Below, in pieces: positions 48,409 to 58,977 of a stretch of 58,977 nt of DNA; position 1 is the first letter of the stretch; each line of letters opens with the position of its first letter. Source of the stretch: Atractiella rhizophila (Eukaryota); the NCBI GenBank assembly GCA_021432655.1, contig MU271436.1:7209-66185 (forward strand). The letters run 5' to 3'. Both the position numbers and the translations under genes were made by a program. The notes under the pieces were generated by a model. The model was not told the origin of the DNA. It worked only from the letters and a program-made list of their open reading frames with translations, and made no database searches.

Positions 48409-50434
48409 ATGGCGCCTCAGCATCCTTTGTTTAGCGTCGAGACACTCCCCGTCACGGGTTTCTTACCCTCCCAAACACCGCTGACTTCTCTTCCCGCTCC
48501 GTTCGAAACGCTGGAATCCATCCTCCAGTCGATGCCTGCCCTTTTGCCCTCGGGAGAACAGGGACTGTTAGGAAAAGGCATTTATGGATCTACTGTCGAG
48601 AAAGTGATGGAAGGAGAAACTGGAGAAAGGATCGTTCGTGATGTCAAGAGTGCAATCGCACAGGGGAACGAGGTTCGACTGTTTGTTTATCTAGTCAGGA
48701 GAAGCTGAAGAAGAGTGGTTACAGGCTTTAATTAGCGCTCTTTTCAGAGACTTCTGCTTCTTAAGCAGCGCATGGCTTATGGAGCCTATTCACTTGCATT
48801 ACACAAAGACCGGAATGCATACGGGAGAAGGAGCCATTGGGAGGAACAGGCTACCTCAGTTTGTCCTTCTTCTCTGTCTTCGCATTTGGAACTAAGATTT
48901 ATGCTCGTAGCTACTTTGCAATTCCATTATACGAATTGGCGGCACATTTGAAGCAAAAGCCGTTTATGGAGTGTCAGTCTAATGCCTTTCATCATTGGAA
49001 TTGTCCATAACTGACTCGTTTTAATCTAGACGCGACGAGCTACGCGTTGATGAACTACCGTCTTTTGGCTCCAGGCAAAGAACCGGGGCAAGACGGGAGC
49101 TTTGCTGGTCTCAAGGGGATGGAATATGATAACCTCGCGCTGATTCGTTGCTTCATTGGAGGAGAAAGCGAGAAAGGCTTTATGTGCGCATTCCTTTGCC
49201 TTCTCCATTTCTCTTGCTCACTCCTCCAGATAGATTGACGCATCTCGAGATGGTTTCCCATTCTGCTGCGTTGGTGAGGGAAAGCGACATGGCCATGCTT
49301 GCTGTTGAACAGAAAGACGTCGAAGCTTTCCATACCGGTTCGCCCTATTCCTTCATCTCCCGTGCATTATCACCTTATCATTATTTCTGGTTCGAAATAG
49401 CCATGACTGCTCTACTCGAAACCTTCCGCATGATTAATCTCTCTATGGGGACGATGTGGAAGCGTTCCCTAGGCGCCGAGTACGGAGAACTCAGGTCTTT
49501 TATTTTTGGAGTGAGCTTCCTTTGTGAACACAAGGGTGGTACTGATTATTCCTCCAAGACGGCACCGGGGAAAGGACAGAATCCACATTTCCCTAACGGA
49601 GTCGTCTACGAAGGTGTGAGCGATGAGCCCATGTTCTTCCGTGGAGAGTCAGGTGCCAACGACTCTATGTTTGTTTTCCCTTGCCAACAGCTCGCAACTC
49701 CGACTTAGGCTGAGAATAGGATTCCGCTGGCCGACAATCTCCTTGAGATTACGGCTCATCACCCGAAGAACGAGCTGACGGAAATCCTGAGGGATTTCAG
49801 AACCTACAGGCCCATGTCCCAGCAGGAATGGGTGAATGGTGTTGAGGTACGTACATCTCCTCGTATTCCTGTATGCGGTTACTGAGGGAAGAGTAGGTGA
49901 GAGCGAGGAGCGTGGGAGTTCGCCGCTTCGCTTTGGAAGAGAGCGGGCTGAAGGGGAAACAACTCTATTTGTTGATGCTGGATCAAGTGAGGGAGTTCAG
50001 GGATAGACACTGGAGGTACAGTTTATGCTCTACTTCTCGCTAGGGTTGAACTCACCATGTCGAATCGCTCTAGATTTACGAAGCATTACATCGTCAAGCA
50101 CTCCACCTTTCCCTATGCAACGGGAGGCTCCCCAATCCTCTCATATCTCCCTCAGAACCTTCGAACGGTAATCAGCGTCATGGGGCTATCCGTTTCGCTT
50201 CTGCCTTTGGAGGTCACCGATGGGGAAGGTTTGACTGATGCAAGAAACTTGAAGGAGCTTGAGCGCATCAAGCTGTACCTGAAGAGCGAGCACAGAAAGG
50301 CCCGGGATGAAGTGGCGATTGGGGTGGAGGGCGTGGAGGAGAAGTCTAATGAGGAGTTGAAGGAGAAAGGATTGTGGAAGGACGAGAAGAGGAGAATGAA
50401 GAGGGGCATGGTTGGCTGCGACGGAGTCGGTTGA
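48409..50434 (+). CDS. Indoleamine 2,3-dioxygenase family protein, IDO-gamma-like
   Basis: LFRDFCFLSSAWLMEP, SYALMNY, IRCFIGGESEKGF, FPNGVVYEGV, FRGESGANDS, EFRDRHWRFTKHYIV, ATGGSPILSYLP. Confidence 0.88.
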
Positions 50435-51026
50435 TCATCTAAATTTTGGGGAGAAAAGGATCGGAGGAGAGCCGACTGATACATGAGGAGGAAAAACAAA
50501 ACAAAAAAACAATGCTGAATGGAATACGTAAGAATCCTGTACACTCAATGCCTTGCAAAGTATTCTTCACTAGATCTAAATTTGACTCTAAGACGTATCA
50601 CAAAATCCTTCGAATTTCCTCTGCTACAAAAGTTTGCTGGTGAGAGAATGGTTATGCGTGCTACGTTCACACTGTGACATCACTATATCAATGTCGGCAC
50701 ACGTGACAGGGAGTTATCAGGATGATTTTCAGAGCTCTAGTTTCAACTGATGAAAGGAGATTGTAGCTCAGTGTAAAACTGTGACTTGAAGGCTCCGTCC
50801 GACTTGGTGTAGATTACTGAACGGCCATCTTGCTTTGGATTCTGCTTTTACGACTCTTGCTACGACAGACCGACGATCTAGAGCCTTGAGCAATCATCGT
50901 AGAGCTGGAAGAAAACAGGTGCTGCTGACAGCTAGAGAGATTCGCTCGCTGATATCATACAGATATCTCCTTCCATATGTCAGTGTCCATTTTGCTGCCA
51001 TTCTTCCGTGACCTCTGCATTGAATC

Positions 51027-53333
51027 ATGAAAGTGCCTGTATATACGGCCCTTTATCTAGCAATGATATCCGCCGCAACAACCAATGATCAATCCACATG
51101 CACTTCTCCCACGCCGACGACGCCAACCAGGCCAGGATTCCCTCGAACCTCTTCTAAAGGCGTTCACTTCAATACGCTCTCTAATCTGCATGAGACTGCA
51201 TCAGGTTCTCCCCTCTCCTCCATCCAGCACGGTGAACAGAGACCAGCTTTCACCCCGCCTCCTCCTTCCCGTCCGACGTCGATCTACGGCGGCGTAGGCG
51301 GAGGGAACGTGAGCGCTCGTTCCAGCCGTTTGAGCTTGAGCCAAAGCTTTCGCACCACTATACTAGCGAAGAAACATACTTCCTTGAAAGTGACTTGGAA
51401 AGAGCGAATACGGCACTTCACCTTCGCTGCGTTCACGACGAACATGGCTACGGGCGGAGTGACGATGCTCATTCGTGCCATACCTTTCGAGTTTTCGGGA
51501 CAGAGGACAGTCGGAGTCGTCCTCTTCTGTCTCAATGTCTGCGTTTTTGGAGGCAACTGTGTTGGATTGGCCGTGAGATTTTGGATTTGGAGGAAGGATT
51601 TCTGGAGGAGCGTTGTGCATCCTAGGGAAGGGATGTTTGTGCCAGTACGTCTTTTGCTCTCCACAAAATAGACTGATTGACGTAGTGCGTTGAATGAAAC
51701 AGGCATGCTGTCTCGCCTTCTGTCTCTTGCTTCAAGACCTACTATCCTACCTTCCCTCTTCCTTCCATCCACTCTCTCACCTGTCTATCGCTCTCTTTAT
51801 CCTCTACCTCCTGGTATCTTCCTTCTTCGTGCGTCTCTCCTTGATTTGTATCTGGACGTTTCAATGCAAACCACCACCATCATGACATAGGGCTTTTCCA
51901 TCCCATTTATCATGTTCATTTGGCCATCGCACAGTCTTGCAACCATGCTTCCCGCCTGGCTGCTCTCCATATACCCCTTTCTCCTTGTGGGAGGCCTTGC
52001 AGCCACGGTTGCGACAATAGAGCTAGAAGAGGCAGGAAGCGGAGGAACGAGTCTTTGGATTCTGTTGACGGGATGGGCAGTTAGTGGGGCGGGGTTTCTG
52101 TGAGCTTCTCTATTTCGCTCTCAAATACATGGGAAATGACCCATTAGTGGCATGTATGGATGGAAAGTGTCGCGCAGCTGTATTTGGCGAGTTTTATTCT
52201 GAGGCTGGTACAGTATGGACTGCCACGGCACGTCTCCTTCCTCCAGTTCCTCTCCCACACAGATTCCTTTATGCTGACAATGTTGTTTAGACCGTCCCAA
52301 ACGCCGTCAATGTTCATTGCTGCCGGCGTACCTTCGCTCACATCCGTCTGTTCGTCTATTTCCTTTCTTTCGATCTCCTGCGACCAACGACAAGCTAGCC
52401 TTCCTCCGTCTCTCCCGCCTCTCTCGTACCGTTTTCCCAGCGCATGACTTCCTCGGCATTGGCGAGCAGGCTGGCGTGAGCGCTTACCTTCTTGGAGTGA
52501 TGAGCGCGGTCGGGTTCCTGTCGATGGGCTGGTGGTACGCTTCTTACCTTCTCTGAAAGATTATGTATTGACTGGGACTGATGAACCAGGTTTTTTGGTA
52601 TCGCTCTGCTTGCGCTCCTTAGGGCAATAAAGAGAGGCATGGACTTCAGCCTAACCTGGTGGTCTTGCGTCTTTCCTGTCGGTTCGTCTCTGCTCTTTCC
52701 TGCTCAATCATCAGCCCTAACTTATTCATCAAAGCAAATCTGGCCTTCGCAGTCCTAGTTCTCGCAGATATACTGGACTCGATGCCTCTGAAGGTTATCG
52801 GAACGGTGCTCGGATGCCTTTTGTTTGCAGGGTGGGTGTTTATTTTACTGGCGCAAGCATGGGCGATCTACACAAGGAGGATCATGGTTCATTTCCCATT
52901 CTCTAATTCAAGCCTTGAATACTGACTACGGGAATAACAGCACCCAGAAGCGAACGACGAGAACTTGTCAGCCCATCCCTTGCTCCTTCAAAGATTTTGC
53001 TAATTCGACACCGTTAGCCCAATTTATCGATTTGCGGAGGTGAAATCTGGACTACGCGCAACCCGTCGAGAAGCATGTGGCCATGGTTCTCATCCTCCCT
53101 CCGTCAGGGATGGAGAAGAATCAAGAGGGGAAGCCGTCGAGCACGAGAGGCGGGAAGAGGAAGTGGGCAGCAGGGATGTACGGGAAGTGTTTCAGAGCGG
53201 TGGTGGATTGAAGAGTGGTTCGAGGCCTAGGAGGGATCTTGATGATGATTTAGAGCGGAATCTGGAGACGGTGGAAAGGCAAGATGGAGAGAGAAGGAAG
53301 GATGTGAGAGACATTTGGAAGGGAGTAAACTGA
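51027..53333 (+). CDS. TDT/SLAC1 family anion channel (Mae1/Ssu1-like); start may be 51063
   Basis: ERIRHFTFAAFTTNMATGG, HPREGMFVP, MLPAWLLSIYP, PSMFIAAGVP, FSLTWWSCVFP; multiple TM helices. Confidence 0.88.
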
Positions 53334-53512
53334 CAACTAAGGTGAGGCGAGGAGGGGAACGGTCTTGACAACGATAATACTAACAGTAGAAGCAAACCAG
53401 CTCAAGTGGAGCCGTATTCAGTGCAGTAGCCGTGGCATGTTCAAAGCAAACAAAGTCCTTTCCAGATTGTATGATATCAAACAATGTACATATCAGTGAA
53501 AGTACACTCTAA

Positions 53513-54631
53513 TCAGACAAACGAACGCGAAAGATTCAAGGAATCGGAAGCAGTTGCAGAAGTATGCAATCCATCAGATTCAGATTGTGAACAGAGTGGA
53601 AGATGAAGAGGAAGCGTAAAGGAGAACTGATCCAGGGGGTTGCCTTTGGCAGAGTGGGACTCAACGTTTAGAGGCACTGCGTCTGTCGCTAAGGATGTTG
53701 CTGCAGAGGAAGCTGAGAGGAGGTGGAGGATGTGTAAACCTTGTTGGACAGTGAGATTCGGCGCTGCTTCTGGATGAATCTCCTTCCTGTAAAGCGCCAA
53801 TTCGTCGCTGAGGGCAGCAATCACCATGTTTTGGATTCCTATGAGTCCCTCTAACGCACCTGCGTAAGATGGATACCTTAGAATGGATCTCGAAGAAAAG
53901 GCGACGCGACGTACTAATTTTATGTGACAGATGCTCCACACGTTGATGGAGAGTTGGATTTGACTGTGTATTCGCTACTGCTGCTGCCATCGATGCCTCT
54001 ATTGATGCGGTAACGGCTTGTTGTTCAAGGAGACTGTATGAAGGAGGAGGCATGAAGGGCATGGTAGACGTTGAGGCAAATATGGAGGGATAAATTGAAG
54101 ACAGATTTGAACGCAAGGGCAAGGTGATTGATGGTGGTTCGGGTGGTGGTTGGGGCTGAGTTTGTGACTTTTCTGGGGCCAGAACTGGCGATTTTGACTT
54201 TGACTTTGATCTAGCTCGGGGCGGCGGTTGCGATTGCGATGACGGTTGTGGAGGTGGAGGATGACTGCGAAATTGAGGAGGCAGCTCGACCTTCCGTCTC
54301 CTTTTTCTATCCGGCGGCCACTGGCAAGCTGGCGCTTTCTCGTTGGATTCGTACCGCTTTGAACAACGTCCACACGCGGGACGAGCGCCATCGCATCTCA
54401 CTTCTAGTGCAATAGAACAACGTTAGTATTCAGTCGGACCCTTAATGAAAGTTAGAACTTACTTCGTGCTTTGCACGCTAAGCATGCTATAACCCGAGGG
54501 ACCGTGAAAGTCAGTACCCATAATCGGCGAGACGGCAGATTAACATAAGACTTACCTGTATAGCGAGGCAATGGTTCTGGAATAACTTCTTTTCTGACCG
54601 TCATCTTTTCTCCTGCTTGGTTCTCTCCCAT
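53513..54631 (-). CDS. Zn(II)2Cys6 transcription factor, short form
   Basis: Spliced CLACKARK|VRCDGARPACGRCSKRYESNEKAPAC followed by basic RKRRRK. Confidence 0.85.
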
Positions 54632-55815
54632 TCCTTTTTGAAGACTTTGAAAACGAGCACAGCTCACACCTCGCTGATCGCTCAAAGTGACTTCACGGAG
54701 TAGATTCGACAGGAAGATATTGTTAGGATCTGCTGGCAGCTGAAGTAGTCGAGATCTACAAATGCACAAGAGCACCGCACATTTTGGGCGCGGAGTCTTT
54801 CTCGGCTTCGTGCGAGCTCACCAAGATATCGTCCCCGGCTCAACCTCAGGACAACGAGGACGAGGATTCTTGATTCCTTCTCTCTTCAGAAGGCAAAAGA
54901 AAAATATAAAACATGGGAAAGACGGCCGGATGCGACGGACAACCCCAGGATTCCGTTTTGTCCTGCCCTCTGTTAAACGTTGTTCGATTCCCCCGCTTTC
55001 CCCCTGCCCAATGGAGCAGCCACTGAATGACGTTCATTCGTTGTCCTTTTCTGACGTAGTTGTCCTTTACTTGTACATCTCACACGACAACATACAATTA
55101 TCACTCCTGCTCTCAAGAAACCAAATCCTGATGAACGACATATCGAGCGGGGTCCTGGGAGAGTGACATAATATAAAAGCCATCACTGTTGCTTGAGCGC
55201 GAAGACAAGAGAAACCTGGGAATCCAAGAAAAGATATAGAGAAACTAGCAAAACTCGTCGGAACTCCCAGCTCAAGCGAACAACTTGTCCGAGGCAGCGA
55301 GGAGCCACTTTGGACAATTGAAACTTCTGTCAGCAATAGTTTCTAGATCTCGCATGGGTTGTACTCGACAGTCACTTCTCGAGTGATACCATTGAGTGGA
55401 CAGTTCCTCACGGAGGAATGAATGTTCGGTGTTTAGCTAACAACGCACCATTTCAGTCCAGTCCTGTCAGCCAAACATCGAGGAGAATCAAGGAGAACGT
55501 TGATATCCGCAGTTCCGCCAACTTCCACTCGCACGACTCACTAAGCAAGCCTTCCTTCGTAATTTCGCGGTGCCCACTTTTTTGTAACCGTAAACGAAGG
55601 TAAGGTAAGCGTCGAGCAATGCCAACTGTCGCATGTGACTATGACGAACTTCGAACAACGAAGTTTAACATGGTGATATTGTATTTTCATGTTCCAGTAT
55701 ACCGGGCTTTATAATATATACATAATATCGCCTCGTTCAAAAGAAATACTGAGAATACCTGCAGCTATTTGTAGGTCGATGGAGAGGAATAATCGAATAT
55801 AGGTCTCAACAGCCC

Positions 55816-58800
55816 TCAATTGGTAAACAAAAACCTTAAATCCTCTGTTCCATTCGAGATGCCGTGAGGAAGTCACCAACGTGGAGGAGAAGGAAGACGC
55901 ACCAGGAGTAAGCCTTCCCATGGCTTTATCGTCATCTCCAAGGGCTGCACCGACCATACTCTCCTTCTTCTTCTGCAACTCGATGATTTTACTCTCGATT
56001 GAGTTCTCAATTACCATTCTCTTCACGAGAATAGGACGGTGTTGGCCTAATCGATGGATTCGATCCATTGCCTGCAGCTCAGCCGCCGGATTCCTGCAAT
56101 GGAGAGGATCAGTTCGAGCTGAGCACAATGTCTCAAAGTGCCAACGTACCACCAAGGATCCATGATGTATACTAAACGGTGGAACATTTAGTTTACATCG
56201 TACGTCAGAAGGGAATACGAACCTCGTGAGGCAGAAGTCAAGTTCAGAGCAACACCTCCAGCTTTGAGAGAGATAAGGAAGACTGTGCATTCCGGAGTCT
56301 CATCGAAGTACTTGATGACATTTGCTCTCGCCCTGTGCGGCATGCCATCAATACTCGCAGATCCAATATTGGAAGGAGCATACTGAGGTGTCATATGCCC
56401 TTGGAGTCTAGCCACCTTATATCCAGCAAGAAGAAGTCTCCGCTCCACAAGATCGAGAAAGCTTGTGAATTGGCTAAATACGAGACTCTTGAGGGTATGG
56501 TCGTCCGTCCTGATGCTGCTCAACTCCTCTACCAGCGCTTCAATCTTGGTCGATGTGCGCCACTTTGAAGGATCAATAGCGGACAGCATCCCCTGTCGCC
56601 CGGTGTTCTGCGCCTTCTCGTCTTCGATCGGGTCTTGGTCCAAATCGATCGTCATGCGCTGATGACAAGTTGGGCATTCGGGGCTTTGCTCAATTGCTGT
56701 CTCGAGATATTGGCGGATGCACTCCCTCTGCGCTCCAAGTTTCAGAACCTTCTTTTTAGAAGTGGCGACAGGAAAACAAACGCAGAAAATGTGACGACAA
56801 GAAGACATGATTGGTTCCTCAGCCTCGTCGAGGCAGATCCGGCAGGTTATCAAACTGTCGTCTGCCTGCCCTTCAGCTACTAGGGCCGCTCTCCTTGTTT
56901 TGGACTTCAGCACCATGTCAGGATGATCTGCCATTTCTGCGCTTCCATCAACACTACTGTTAACCAACGTTCACAGAATAAGACGACATACGTCGCATCT
57001 TCGTGATCAGACTGAAAATGTTTGAGTAGTTGTTGAGAACCGTCCCTTGTTCGACGTATGTCGCGAAATTCCTCTTTATGTCTTTGAAAAGGGATGTGTA
57101 CAGCTCTTCCTCTTCCTCAGTGAAGAAGTCTCTTCGAATTTCTACAACTCGTGGTGGCAGACCAAGGTCGTCAGCTCGCTCGACCTTTGTCCTCCTACAC
57201 GTTACATTAGAGGTAGGGACCTTGTGTAGGGGACAACGAGACATGCCTGAGCATCATCCTGTCTAATAAAAGGCGTAGCTTCTCAAAAGCCACTTCTCCA
57301 ACCCCACGGTTGCCTTGCTTCTGGATGGGCTTGAGAATATCATTGTTCCAGAAACAGATATGCTGCATAGGCGTATGGTGGCACTGTCAATCGGAAGACT
57401 TGAATCTACCTTAATCAGTCATGACAAGTGGAAATACACACATCATCGCAGCTCCTCTTGTCTGAGAACCTCCAATGTAAACTTTTGCAGTCGCAAACCT
57501 TACAATAACTGACCGAAGTTCAGTTCGCCCCGTGACAACAAAGGTAAAGAGACTCACTAGAAAGCAAACGGATCCACGCCCAAGAACCTAATCAAGCTGT
57601 ACAATTCACCGACTCGGTTCTGTAGTGGAGTGCCGGATAAACACCATCGGTATTCGCCATCCAGCGCGAAGGCTCCCTTCGCTGTGTTGCATGCACGATC
57701 CTTGATGTTATGGCACTACAGCATCGCTCATCAGTAGGGCAAGTTTGTAACCAAATGAGGACAAACCTCGTCTAAGATAATGCGGTGCCACTTTACTTGA
57801 TGTAAGGGAGACTCTTCTTTGATCACGGAGCCTTTCCGCTTGAAACCTGCTTCTTGCTTTCGGTATGCAGACTCTAGTACTGCATCTGCAGGCCAAACCG
57901 AATGAGTGCGAAAACGGAAGAAGCAGAAAGGAGAAGGAGGAGAGACAGACAGGATGTCAACACAATGTCACTTTCCATAATGTCGTCTGCGTCTCCTCTC
58001 TTCGCTCCGTGGAAAAGATTAACCTTGAAGCCTGTTGTGAACTTCTCGATCTCTGATTTCCACCTGCAGAACAACAGCAATATCAATCACCGGCGATTCT
58101 GAAAGGTAGGGAGGAGAGGGAAGGCGAACTGCATGAGGGCCACGGTCGGAGCAATGACAAGTGTTAGCTTCTTATCTTTCATCCTTCCCTTGCCCTTCTT
58201 CTTGCCCTTCTTCTTCTCTCCCTCCTCGTCTTCCGCATCATTCACTTCTGCGTCATTATCTCTGTCGCTCAAAATAAGTGCGATAGACTGGAGGGTTTTT
58301 CCCATCCCCATCTCGTCCGCTGTGAACGAACCCGCATCAATGTTTGCTATGCGTGAGGAAAACTGAGAGACGAACCTAGCATCCCACCTTTCCAGGGTCC
58401 CTTCTCTTGCTTCATCATCCAACTCAACCCTTCCACCTGGAATGGCAACAGTGTAACATTGTTCAGACCGTTCGGTTGGACGAAGTCTGGGTCAGGAGCT
58501 GCTTTGGTGGGAGAGGTTCCTTCGATTTGTTGCCAGATGGTGGCGAGCCTGTCCAACCCAAATCCATTGTTGATAAGATCTCAAAAGTCCGGAGTCCAGA
58601 GTACACAGGAAGGGATGAGGGAGGTAGGAAAGAAAGACGTACTCAGGATGATGTTTCTCCAAATGATATTGGTTCTTCTGCCACCAATTCAAGCGCCTGT
58701 ACATCTTTCTATCCTGCGGTGGCACACCGTTTACACCGCTACGCTTCCTCCTTCCATACCTTCCCTTCACTTCCTCTTCTTTTTCCTCTTCGGCAGCTTC

Positions 58801-58977
58801 GTCCTCAGATCTAGAACCGACAGAGGAGAGGTCGGACTCGTCGTCACTGGCATTCGCGCTTCTGAGGTTACGTCTGGATTGGGTTTTGGACCTGGACTTG
58901 GAAGTCTTTTTGGATTTCTGGACTGCAGTCCTCTTGAGCTTCGCCTTCTCCGCCAAACTCTTTAGTTTATCTCCTCT
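55816..58977 (-). CDS. RAD16: SNF2-family helicase/RING E3 ligase Rad16, 5' end beyond window
   Basis: [76 protein letters not shown]...[45 protein letters not shown]. Confidence 0.95.

Overview
Intron-rich fungal genomic DNA, most likely a basidiomycete (dense 45-70 nt GT-AG introns with CTRAC/CTRAT branch points, DUF6533 membrane proteins), with a 750-N gap at 1259-2008. Recognisable genes: RVB1, cyclin C, tRNA-Ser(AGA), a METTL4-type MT-A70 methyltransferase with an internal ~1 kb tandem duplication, GH18 chitinase, AIF/AMID-like oxidoreductase, RPL2/uL2, nitronate monooxygenase (apparent frameshift), cytochrome P450, CHO2, a WWM1-like WW protein, a gamma-type IDO, a TDT/SLAC1 transporter, a Zn2Cys6 factor and RAD16. 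There are two locally expanded families: three DUF6533 genes, and three paralogues of an unrecognised family ('X') that looks mitochondrially targeted with two degenerate RRM-like domains. Main leads: family X and its greatly expanded first introns; a 79-bp duplication creating an AG|GT ratchet site in one X copy; the METTL4 duplication, which yields full-length enzyme only by splicing from one copy into the other; a TATA-box/T7-terminated ~90-nt structured ncRNA candidate at 14.55-14.65 kb; and a small Zn-finger-like gene whose frame depends on GC versus GT donor choice. All gene models were built by eye and no database searches were run.
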